From Planctomycetota bacterium (GTDB lineage: Bacteria; Planctomycetota; B143-G9): 64,000 nt of DNA. This document shows, piece by piece, positions 1 through 8,005 of the stretch (its first letter is position 1; each line of letters opens with the position of its first letter). Under the pieces are notes generated by a model that saw only the letters and a list, made by a program, of their open reading frames with translations, made no database searches and was not told the DNA's origin. The stretch is from the NCBI GenBank assembly GCA_034521065.1, contig JAXHMW010000014.1, forward strand, positions 48,913 to 112,912, read 5' to 3'. The position numbers and the translations under genes were made by a program.

Positions 1-717
1 GCCACAAAGAGCGGGAAGTGGCTCCCCGTAGTGCAGATACTGTTCTCGTGGGACTTCTTCAAGGCGCTGTTTGCGATTTTTCCGGCTATGTTGCTGTTCG
101 CCATCGTGGTGTGGTTCTTCGAACGTCGCGCGAACCCGGAGCAGTTCGACGGCAAGAAGGACAAAGGTCTTCTGCATGCCCTATGGTGGTCGGCGGTGAC
201 GATGACAACTGTCGGCTATGGCGACAAGGCACCCTCAACTTTCCCCGGCCGAATCTTCGGCGGCATATGGATGTTTTTCGGCATAATCGTGATCTCGGTC
301 TTCACCGCGTCCATCACCACCACCCTTACAACAGAAAGCCTGAGGGCTAACGTGTCGTCCCTTTCCGACCTGCACAGGGTCACCGTCTCAACCCTCGCAG
401 ACTCCACCAGCGCGAGGTTCCTCGAACAGTTACGGGTGCGCAATGTCATCGAGTCGCGGACAAACCTGGATGCCATTGGAGAACTCATGGACGGCAACGC
501 CGAAGCAGTGGTCTATGACGCCCCCATACTGAAGTACATGGTGAAACAGAGGAGCCTTGAAGATGTTATGGTCATCTCCGTACCAGAGGGCAAACAGCAC
601 TACGGCATAGGCCTCGGACAGGGAAGCCCCTATAGGGAAAGTATTAACAGGGCTTTGCTGACTTATACAAACTCGGACAAGTGGCAACGACTCGTTCGAA
701 AATATCTTGGAGAGTGA
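1..717 (+). CDS. GluR0-like ligand-gated K+ channel, 5'-truncated by the window edge (pore module plus S2 lobe of a solute-binding domain)
   Basis: Frame 1 is open from base 1 (the ORF track starts it at 31). It has an M1-P-M2 pore with the K+ selectivity filter TVGYGD (WWSAVTMTTVGYGDKAP). About 130 aa follow that resemble the second lobe of a type-3 periplasmic amino-acid-binding protein (AVVYDAPILKY, YGIGLGQGSP). Stop is TGA 715-717. Confidence 0.75.
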   Translation, partial: ATKSGKWLPVVQILFSWDFFKALFAIFPAMLLFAIVVWFFERRANPEQFDGKKDKGLLHALWWSAVTMTTVGYGDKAPSTFPGRIFGGIWMFFGIIVISVFTASITTTLTTESLRANVSSLSDLHRVTVSTLADSTSARFLEQLRVRNVIESRTNLDAIGELMDGNAEAVVYDAPILKYMVKQRSLEDVMVISVPEGKQHYGIGLGQGSPYRESINRALLTYTNSDKWQRLVRKYLGE

Positions 718-740
718 TGAATTCCTGTTCTCCACTGAAG

Positions 741-772
741 AGCCGAACCCCCAAGGTTCGGTTCTTTTTTTG
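741..772 (+). terminator. Rho-independent terminator after the channel gene
   Basis: Stem ccgaacc (743-749) pairs with ggttcgg (755-761) across a 5-nt loop. It is followed by ttcttttttt. Confidence 0.7.
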
Positions 773-806
773 TTAAAATTGTGCAATCTGCTTTCTTTAA
801 CGTGAG

Positions 807-833
807 CCTTGTGCTATATTAGAAAACACAAGG
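807..833 (+). promoter_or_regulatory. Perfect 7-bp inverted repeat enclosing a -10-like TATATT, upstream of the lipoprotein gene
   Basis: ccttgtg (807-813) and cacaagg (827-833) flank the 13-nt ctatattagaaaa. The element lies about 38 nt upstream of ATG 871, which has a GGAGGA RBS. Confidence 0.25.
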
Positions 834-870
834 TGACGGCGGTACGACTCTGCCAGAATATGGAGGACAT

Positions 871-2574
871 ATGCGTCGAGTTGGATTGTTCCTTCTTCTT
901 TCGGTTTTCGTCGGGATTGCGATAGCTTGCGGAGGCGGTGGAGGTGGCTCTGACGGGCCGCCCGAGGACTTGCTCGCCGATTTCGGTGATATGTCAGACG
1001 GTACTTTTCCCACCAAGTACTCTACTGGCAACGCCTGGAGCGGGCGCACCGCACCGTATCATCTGGATACTTCTCACGAATGGATAGGACAGTTGCCGGT
1101 CTCCAGCACGAGTACGGAGAACGACGCTAAGCTTACGGACATTGACGAAGATGATGGCTACATAAATATCCGTACTCTTTACAACGGCGGCACGCAGTTT
1201 CTGCAGGCACTCGTTTCCGTTTCCGTGGGAACGGATTCCAATACCGCGACTCGCTACCTGAACGTGGCCTGCGACCTCAACCGCAGCGGCAATTTCGCCG
1301 GATACATGACCGGCGGATTCTATCAGCACGAATGGGTGATCATCAACATGCCCATTCGCTTCACCAGTAAAAACATGGTGGTGTCCGGCACTTTCAGGCT
1401 CTTTGACCGCAATGCGCTGGACGCCTTCCCATGCACTCGGGCGACGATTTCCACCGCGCCTATCGACCCGTCCATTTTTGGAACTGCTGGTTGGGATGGT
1501 TCAGGGCCGGTCGGCGGATTTACTCGAGGCGAGACAGAGGATTGGTGTCCGTCGTCGGTTAACGTCGTTGACCCCGTTCCGCAATTCTGGCACAACGGTT
1601 TGAGTTGGAAATTTCCTGAATTCCCACCTGCACCCGATCCTAACCCCAATCCGGGGCCTCCCGTCACAAGCAACCCGAGCGACCCACCCGTGAACGGTGA
1701 ACCGGCCAATCCGGTTCCGGTCAAGGATACCGACGAGATATTCCCCTACGAGGATGCACCCGTAACGCCCACTCCCATGAGCGAGCCCGACGATACAGCT
1801 CCGCCGCCCGAAGATGAGCCGGAGGAACTCGTAGATAACGCATATCTTCCGGGCGATATGGTTGACAAGAAGCAACCTCAAGGTTCTGACGAGTGCGGAC
1901 CTTACGCGGCTGCGAACTCAGTACAGTACATGATGAAGAGGGCAGGTCTTCTCGATTATCTCAAGGAGAACGGTGCGTCCGGAGAGCACCTGTTCGCCCC
2001 GCTTGAGCCTCTGTCGCCATCAGCATCACCGGCGGAGCATCAGGCTTGGGAGGACGCGTTCCACGAGCGGCTGAGAGAGATTATGTCGCGTCCTGCTGTG
2101 CCCGGTGACGACCCGGGTGGCATGATGAACTCCGGAGAAGGAGAAGGCACGACCATCGGTGGTTTCGTGCGCGGAAAGCAGTACGCTTCGGATGCCATAG
2201 AACAGACCGGACAAGGCTCCGGCATCGAAACCACGAGACAGAACAATCCCAATTTCCAAGCGATTCACGATGCCATTCAGAACGGCGATGACGTGGAACT
2301 CCTGCTCGGATACTACGACCCTGACACGGACGAGCGAGTCGGGGGGCATTACGTCGTTGTAACCGGGGCGACAAGGGACTCGAAAGGCAACATGACCTTC
2401 ACTTTCGTTGACCCGGCCTGTCCGGAAAAGGGCGAGCAGACCTACACCGTGGCCAATAAGGACAGGGACGATCAAAAGGGCGGAGCCGTGGTTAAGGACT
2501 ACCCCGCGCTGCCGGAAGGTTCGCGTGTGGCGGTGGACGCGGTAGTGAACGAGAGGATCGTCAGCACGCGCTGA
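871..2574 (+). CDS. Lipoprotein: N-terminal GEVED-type domain, Pro-rich linker, C-terminal papain/C39-like cysteine-peptidase-like domain
   Basis: Lipobox signal MRRVGLFLLLSVFVGIAIAC followed by a G-rich stretch. GEVED-like layout: DFGDMSDGTFPTKY, DIDEDDG, YLNVACDLNRSGNF, TFRLF, RGETEDW. Linker PAPDPNPNPGPPVTSNPSDPPVNGEP. C-terminal part has QPQGSDECGPYAAANSVQYM and GGHYVVVTG, a Q...C...H pattern. Confidence 0.6.
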   Translation: MRRVGLFLLLSVFVGIAIACGGGGGGSDGPPEDLLADFGDMSDGTFPTKYSTGNAWSGRTAPYHLDTSHEWIGQLPVSSTSTENDAKLTDIDEDDGYINIRTLYNGGTQFLQALVSVSVGTDSNTATRYLNVACDLNRSGNFAGYMTGGFYQHEWVIINMPIRFTSKNMVVSGTFRLFDRNALDAFPCTRATISTAPIDPSIFGTAGWDGSGPVGGFTRGETEDWCPSSVNVVDPVPQFWHNGLSWKFPEFPPAPDPNPNPGPPVTSNPSDPPVNGEPANPVPVKDTDEIFPYEDAPVTPTPMSEPDDTAPPPEDEPEELVDNAYLPGDMVDKKQPQGSDECGPYAAANSVQYMMKRAGLLDYLKENGASGEHLFAPLEPLSPSASPAEHQAWEDAFHERLREIMSRPAVPGDDPGGMMNSGEGEGTTIGGFVRGKQYASDAIEQTGQGSGIETTRQNNPNFQAIHDAIQNGDDVELLLGYYDPDTDERVGGHYVVVTGATRDSKGNMTFTFVDPACPEKGEQTYTVANKDRDDQKGGAVVKDYPALPEGSRVAVDAVVNERIVSTR

Positions 2575-2598
2575 AGCGCGAGGAACAACTGACTATTT

Positions 2599-2624
2599 CG
2601 GGCCCGCTTCGGCGGGCCCGTTTT
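2599..2624 (+). terminator. Rho-independent terminator
   Basis: cgggcccgc / ttcg / gcgggcccg hairpin followed by tttt. Confidence 0.75.
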
Positions 2625-2628
2625 CATG

Positions 2629-3817
2629 TCATCGCTTGAGCTTCCGTTCGGCCCTCTGGATGAGCGCGGTGGTGCCTTTTGTCAGCGGTTCGGGCTCGTG
2701 GGTTTGTTTCATCGAAGGTGAGATGCCCTTGTACTCGAAGTTTCCGCGCACCTGCTTCTCGGAGTATTCGACCACACCGAGTCCGCGGGGCAGTTCGTAT
2801 TTCGTGATGTAGCTCGCGCAGCCTGCGGTATTGGAGCCTACGAGAGTCGCCCGGATGTCGGTGGTGAGGTCCCTGGCGTAGCGTTCTCCGAAGTGTGCAG
2901 TGCCGGGGCCGACAAGGGCCACGCAGTTGCCGGAGTAGGGAGTTATCGCGGCGAGAGTGGCCTGCTCGAAACCGTGACAGTCGGTGAGGTCAATAATATA
3001 GGCTTTGGTGGCATTGAGTTTCTCTATGGCCTCGCTTACGGCACGGTCGGTCTGACTGCTCGTTCGGCCGCAGTAAACGTAGCCCACGCCGCTGTCGAGC
3101 ATCTTGTACATTACATATTCGTCGGAGGGACTCTTGGACAGGCCGGGTACTACCGGCATGCAGTAGGGCGGTACGGGTACCTCGATATCGCAGGTGACCG
3201 TCGCGCTGAAGCGGTCCCTGCCCATCGCGAAGTCGGAGCTCGTATTCCTTGCCCTTCTCGGCGGTGCGCAAAGCCCAGTTCGTAAGCAAAAACGCCGCCT
3301 GCTGTGGACTTGATAAGCGTCCGCCTTCGTCCCAGAGGTCATTTGCAGCCTTGCTCATTGTGCGTGAAGCGCTGCGGCCGTCTATCTTGAGAAGTTCCGC
3401 GCCGGGTTTAACCTCTTTGTACCTGCCGGAATTGTTCCTCAGTACGTAGAGCTTTCCTCGCTCGCCTTCGACGAGGCTGATGCCGGAGTAGTAGTACACG
3501 GGCTTTTCGTATTGCACGTCGCATTCCATTATCCGGGCATTGCCGTCTCTGAGGCTGTCGAGTACCTTTTCGATGAATACGAGCAGTTGTGCGTCGGATT
3601 CGAGGTCCTTCGCCTCCCTTCTCCAGGATCGCACGTTCATCTTCCACTCGCGCTTGATGCCTTTCAGTTCAAAGTACTCGTAGTTTTCGTCGAAATGCTG
3701 AATCAATGCCATGGCCTCGTCGTAGCGGGTGGCGGCATCGGCCTCTTCTGAACCCGCGGGCTGAGAAAATACTGCGAATGCTCCTAAGAGCAGTAGTAGA
3801 ACAACGAAACGGCGCAT
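2629..3817 (-). CDS. S41-family (C-terminal processing peptidase-like) secreted protein with PDZ-like segment; one frameshift as assembled
   Basis: ORFs 2990-3898 and 2629-3342 join across a break near the ccc run 3216-3218 (KGKEYELRLRDGQ then DRFSATVTCDIEV). Signal peptide MRRFVVLLLLLGAFAVFSQPAGS from ATG 3817 with an AAGGGGG RBS. S41-like blocks: GYVYCGRTS, AYIIDLTDCHGF, ATLVGSNTAGCAS. Confidence 0.6.
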
Positions 3818-3886
3818 GAAGGCCCCCTTTTGTACTCCGGATAAGTTACCCATTGTACCGTCGGTGAAGATAATCGTTAAGGCCTC

Positions 3887-3916
3887 TTGCAAAACCATGC
3901 TGCAATAGGCTATAAT
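3887..3916 (+). promoter_or_regulatory. Sigma70-like promoter TTGCAA-18 nt-TATAAT abutting the TrmH-family gene start
   Basis: TTGCAA at 3887-3892 and TATAAT at 3911-3916. The -10 overlaps ATG 3915 and sits 7 nt before ATG 3924, which suggests a leaderless transcript. Confidence 0.4.
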
Positions 3917-4766
3917 GGCAATTATGAGTAGCAGCGGAGCACCATCATATAAGGTTCATCAGATATCCAGCACGTCGAACGACCGCGTAAAGCAGTTGTC
4001 ATCTCTTGCGATGGCGAAATATCGGCGTCGTCACGGGCAGTTTATTGCTGAAGGCGACAATGTGCTTTCAGCGGCCATCCGTTTCGGACACAAGCCGTCA
4101 ACCGTCATTGTGGAGGAATCCTCTGCACGCGAGTACGCGCAGCGTTTCGTACCTACGGAAGACCTTCTCGTGCTTAATGAGAAGTGTATGAACAAGGTTT
4201 GCGAATCGAATACGCCTAAAGGCGTTGCGGGTGTGTTCCCTGTGCCACAGGAAACGGACACGTCGGTTCTGGATCAGCCTGAACTCAGGGCCCTCGCAGC
4301 TTTCGAGGTACAGGAGCCGGGCAATCTCGGCGCGCTGTTACGCATCGCTGCTGCGTCATCGTTCAACCTGTTCATAGCGGTCGGCAGTTGCGCCGACCAT
4401 CTGTCGCCCAAGGCGGTGAGGGGCAGTGCGGGCGCGGTATTCGCGGTCAATATCCTTAGAATGAGCGTGAAATCCTTCCTCTCGTTCGTCAAACATGAGG
4501 AAGTCGAGTTCTTCTGCGCCGCAGGTGGTGACGGTTCCAATTATCGGTTCACTCCCCGTTCCGAAAAGGCGGTTTTGCTGATAGGCTCTGAAGGGAGCGG
4601 AATACCCGACAGCGTGCTGAGGCACGGGCTGAAGGTTTCCATTCCCATGCGAGAAGGCTGGGAATCTCTCAACGCGGCGGTGGCTGCGGGAATACTTGCG
4701 TTCGGGATGCCAGCTTTCGCACCGGCTGCAGACAATAACGAAAGTCCTTCCACATCCGGAGGTTGA
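3915..4766 (+). CDS. TrmH/SpoU-family RNA 2'-O-methyltransferase
   Basis: SpoU motifs QEPGNLGALLRIAAA, LLIGSEGSGIP and IPMREGWESLNAAVAAGILAF. The start may instead be ATG 3924 if the mRNA is leaderless. Confidence 0.8.
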   Translation: MAIMSSSGAPSYKVHQISSTSNDRVKQLSSLAMAKYRRRHGQFIAEGDNVLSAAIRFGHKPSTVIVEESSAREYAQRFVPTEDLLVLNEKCMNKVCESNTPKGVAGVFPVPQETDTSVLDQPELRALAAFEVQEPGNLGALLRIAAASSFNLFIAVGSCADHLSPKAVRGSAGAVFAVNILRMSVKSFLSFVKHEEVEFFCAAGGDGSNYRFTPRSEKAVLLIGSEGSGIPDSVLRHGLKVSIPMREGWESLNAAVAAGILAFGMPAFAPAADNNESPSTSGG

Positions 4767-4767
4767 C

Positions 4768-7551
4768 ATGAGAAGGTTCTTCGCATTCATAGTGCTTCTG
4801 GTCGTCGGTTTCGGCCTGTTTTCCTTGCGTACTGATGTGCGCGCGGAGCAGGTTGACGAAGAGGCCATGAAGGAGCACGTTTACGCCATGAACAAGTCCT
4901 ATTTCAAAAGCGAGGACTGGCTCGAGCGGGCCGGTGTCTGCGAGAGAATAGGTAATCTCAACGTCCCCGAGTACGCTTCCGATATCGTGCCGCTCATGAA
5001 GGATACCCATCCTCTCGTGCGTCTCAGCGCTATACGTGGCGTCGGGGCGGCGGGCAACCCTCAGTACATTACAGATATAGCGGAATATTGCGTTTCACTC
5101 GGACGAACCGTGGAGGACAGGCTTTTCGCTACAAACTGCGGTTGGGCTCTTGGCCAGCTCGACAAGGAGAAGGGCGCGGAAGCCCTGCTTGCGAAGGCGG
5201 AAGGCAAGGACGGCGCGAAAATGGCCGTTGCGGCCGCTCTCGGTTACATTGGCGGGACAAAAGCTTCGAACGGGCTTGCTCCATTGCTCGACTCGGGAAA
5301 AAGAGACAGAGACGAGGAACTGTTCGCCGTCGCGATCCGGTCTGCCGGTAAGCTGGAAACTGATTTGCCTGAGCAGCATATGTTCAACCTCATGCAGGAC
5401 GATAAGACTTCGACAAACGTCAAGATGGCCATCCTTTCCTGCATACGCAACAGGCATGTTGAAAATGCCGTGGATCCGTTGCTGGACGTAATCGGTAAGA
5501 ACGCCAACCAAGGCGATGAGTTGATGCTCTATAACAACATCGCCTGGACGATCGGACAGTTCAAGGTATCGTCCAACCAGCTCCGCAAGATCATGATACT
5601 CGCCAACAAGGGCAACAGTGATGTCAAGATAGCCCTCCTGCGTGCTTTCCTCGGGCCGATGGGTGAAGGAAACACGGAGAACTTCGACGTATTCCTCAAG
5701 GACCGTCAGCCGCACGTTCGTTCCGCAGCGTTAAATGTTCTCGCAAACCATCCGGACAAGAGCTACGAACGCGATCTGTTCAGGATACTGAAGAGCGACA
5801 GAGTGCGCTTCGTGCGCTATTTTGCTGCTCTCGCACTTGCAAAGCTCGATGACGAGGGCGTCAAGAACAAGCTGCTTGACATGGCCGACAGGGCTCGCGA
5901 GGACGAGGAAGCCGCGCGACTGTTCGAGGCCATATCTATCTGCGGCAAGCCCGAAGACGCTCAGAGGCTCGTGGAGTATATTAAGAAGAAGCAGGAGAAG
6001 GACGAGGTCAAGTTCCTTCTCGCGGCGATGGCACTGTCTGACATCAACGAGAACGAAGGTACAAGGCTTCTCGTTGAGATGTTGAACGGAGAGGACGAAA
6101 AGGATCGCAACAAGGCGGCGAAGAGCCTGCGCTTTTTCCCGACCTCGGTCTCGGTCGAGGCACTAATCTCCAAGCTGCCCGACGAGTACGAGCGCAACGC
6201 CAGGGGTGCTGAGGCAGAATTCCACCGGAGCGTCCTCTACACGCTCGAACGCATCACTGGGCACCGTTTCCGACCCACAAACGATATCTGGACAAAGTGG
6301 TGGGAGTTCTACCAGAAGGTTCAGAAGAACAAGGACATAATCGAGGCATCAAAGCGCGAGAAGAAGAGCAAGATGCGCCGCGACCACAACGAATCCATCA
6401 AGTTCTTCGGTGGCTCGGGCGAAAGTGAAAAGAGCGTCGAGATGGGACTTTACTGGCTCGCCCGGTTCCAGATGCCGCGTGGCTCGTGGGACGCGATAAA
6501 GTATCCCGAACTCGGCAACCTTCCCGGAGACGTTCCCGCTATGGAACAGTGCGATGTCGCGATGACGGGGCTGTCGCTTCTTTCTTTCTCGACTGCTGGC
6601 TACACTCACAAATACGGCAAGTACGCCGACGTGTACGAGCGTGGGCTGGAATGGCTTGTCGGCTTCATGAAGACCGACGGAATGTGGCGCTACAAGCAGA
6701 TAAGTTCACACGGCGACGGTGAAGCCTACGAACAGGCCACCGCTACCATGGCCGTGCTGGAAGCCTACACCATGACGAGGGAGGAGAGCCTCGAGGTGTT
6801 CTGCCAGAGCGCGGTGGATCTCATCCAGGCCACGCAGAACATCCTTCTTGGCTGGCGTTACTTCACAATGCCAAAGAGTAACGATTCCTCGGTCACCGGT
6901 TGGTATATCCTGTCACTCAAGACCGCCATCGTGGACGGTTTCAGAGTGTTCGACAAATGTTTCGAAGGTGCGATTCGCTGGTACGAGAGCGTTTCGGAGA
7001 AAATCGACGAGTTCGAAACGCCAGACCTGCGCGAGACCAAGTACTTCGACAACTTTGTGCAGAAGATATACCAGAAGTGCGGTTCCGGCTACGACGACGT
7101 TCAGCCGCTCGCCGCAATGACTGCCATCGCTCTTATATCGAGAAGGTTCATGGGCTACAAGCGTACACACCCGCAGATTCGGGCCTACGCCAACTACCTC
7201 AAGGACTGGGATGTGTCGTTCGAGCAGGCGACAGGAGCGAGGAACCTGAACTTCGCGTTTTACTTTATCTATTACGCAACTCTCGCGAACTTCCAGATGG
7301 GAGCTGACTATTGGCGCGAGTGGAACGAGAAGCTGATTCGCAATGTCGTTCAGGTGCAGGAGGCCGACATCTCCAGCGACTTTTACGGTTCTTGGGGTGC
7401 TGGCAAGTCCAAGAAAGGAACTAAGGTAGGAAGTGCCGTCGGAGCTATCCGAGGCGGTCGTATATACTGCACAACGATGATGATTCTCACTCTCGAAATC
7501 TACTATCGTTACAACCCGATGCTTGAGGAGAACGAGATTATCATCGAATAG
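4768..7551 (+). CDS. Secreted HEAT-repeat protein fused to a prenyltransferase/squalene-cyclase-like alpha-alpha toroid domain
   Basis: GGAGG RBS at 4758-4762 and ATG 4768 (MRRFFAFIVLLVVGFGLFSL signal). HEAT-like units: KDTHPLVRLSAIRGVGAAGNP, LKDRQPHVRSAALNVLANHPD, RFVRYFAALALAKLDD. C-terminal part has GLYWLARFQMPRGSWD, GLEWLVGFMKTDGMWRY and VTGWYILSLKTA. Confidence 0.65.
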   Translation: MRRFFAFIVLLVVGFGLFSLRTDVRAEQVDEEAMKEHVYAMNKSYFKSEDWLERAGVCERIGNLNVPEYASDIVPLMKDTHPLVRLSAIRGVGAAGNPQYITDIAEYCVSLGRTVEDRLFATNCGWALGQLDKEKGAEALLAKAEGKDGAKMAVAAALGYIGGTKASNGLAPLLDSGKRDRDEELFAVAIRSAGKLETDLPEQHMFNLMQDDKTSTNVKMAILSCIRNRHVENAVDPLLDVIGKNANQGDELMLYNNIAWTIGQFKVSSNQLRKIMILANKGNSDVKIALLRAFLGPMGEGNTENFDVFLKDRQPHVRSAALNVLANHPDKSYERDLFRILKSDRVRFVRYFAALALAKLDDEGVKNKLLDMADRAREDEEAARLFEAISICGKPEDAQRLVEYIKKKQEKDEVKFLLAAMALSDINENEGTRLLVEMLNGEDEKDRNKAAKSLRFFPTSVSVEALISKLPDEYERNARGAEAEFHRSVLYTLERITGHRFRPTNDIWTKWWEFYQKVQKNKDIIEASKREKKSKMRRDHNESIKFFGGSGESEKSVEMGLYWLARFQMPRGSWDAIKYPELGNLPGDVPAMEQCDVAMTGLSLLSFSTAGYTHKYGKYADVYERGLEWLVGFMKTDGMWRYKQISSHGDGEAYEQATATMAVLEAYTMTREESLEVFCQSAVDLIQATQNILLGWRYFTMPKSNDSSVTGWYILSLKTAIVDGFRVFDKCFEGAIRWYESVSEKIDEFETPDLRETKYFDNFVQKIYQKCGSGYDDVQPLAAMTAIALISRRFMGYKRTHPQIRAYANYLKDWDVSFEQATGARNLNFAFYFIYYATLANFQMGADYWREWNEKLIRNVVQVQEADISSDFYGSWGAGKSKKGTKVGSAVGAIRGGRIYCTTMMILTLEIYYRYNPMLEENEIIIE

Positions 7552-7569
7552 CCCCCGCTGTAAGAAACT

Positions 7570-7607
7570 AAAACCGCCCGCTTCTCACCTGAGAGCGGGC
7601 GGTTTTT
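7570..7607. terminator. Bidirectional Rho-independent terminator
   Basis: aaaa-ccgcccgc...gcgggcgg-ttttt. The strong GC stem at 7574-7602 is flanked by an A-run and a T-run. Confidence 0.75.
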
Positions 7608-7630
7608 CGTTGTGATGGGAAATGCTATGG

Positions 7631-7660
7631 AAAAGAAAAAGGACGGGCGAGCCCGTCCTT
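7631..7660 (-). terminator. Rho-independent terminator for the small minus-strand ORF
   Basis: ggacgggc / gcccgtcc hairpin at 7641-7658. On the minus strand it is followed by tttttctttt, the complement of 7631-7640. Confidence 0.55.
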
Positions 7661-7727
7661 TTCCCGACCGAAATGTCGCCGCAGTATTAGCTGAAAAAGA
7701 AGTGCGGTAATGCGGCTGACAGGCAGT

Positions 7728-7910
7728 TCATCCTTCCTTCTTCCTGAAAGAGCGGATGAAACGGGACTCGGAGGGATTCCTCGACGGGCGGCTGCGCAAA
7801 TCATGTTTCGTGCGCTGATACTTCTCCGCGATCTCTGTAAGGATCGGAAGCATCTCCACCAGCATCTCGAGCTGCCTGCCATGTTCGATCTCACTCAGTG
7901 GTTTCTTCAT
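7728..7910 (-). CDS. Small hypothetical protein (about 60 aa)
   Basis: MKKPLSEIEHGRQLEMLVEMLPILTEIAEKYQRTKHDL... is preceded by GGAGGA and followed by the 7641-7658 hairpin. I recognise no family. Confidence 0.35.
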   Translation of the reverse strand: MKKPLSEIEHGRQLEMLVEMLPILTEIAEKYQRTKHDLRSRPSRNPSESRFIRSFRKKEG

Positions 7911-8005
7911 GGCGTCCTCCATTGTGAGTCCTTGTTCATCTTGTTAGTGTCGCTCAGGCCAATGCTGTTCCATGTGCGACGTACACTGAACTATATCACA
8001 ATCCC

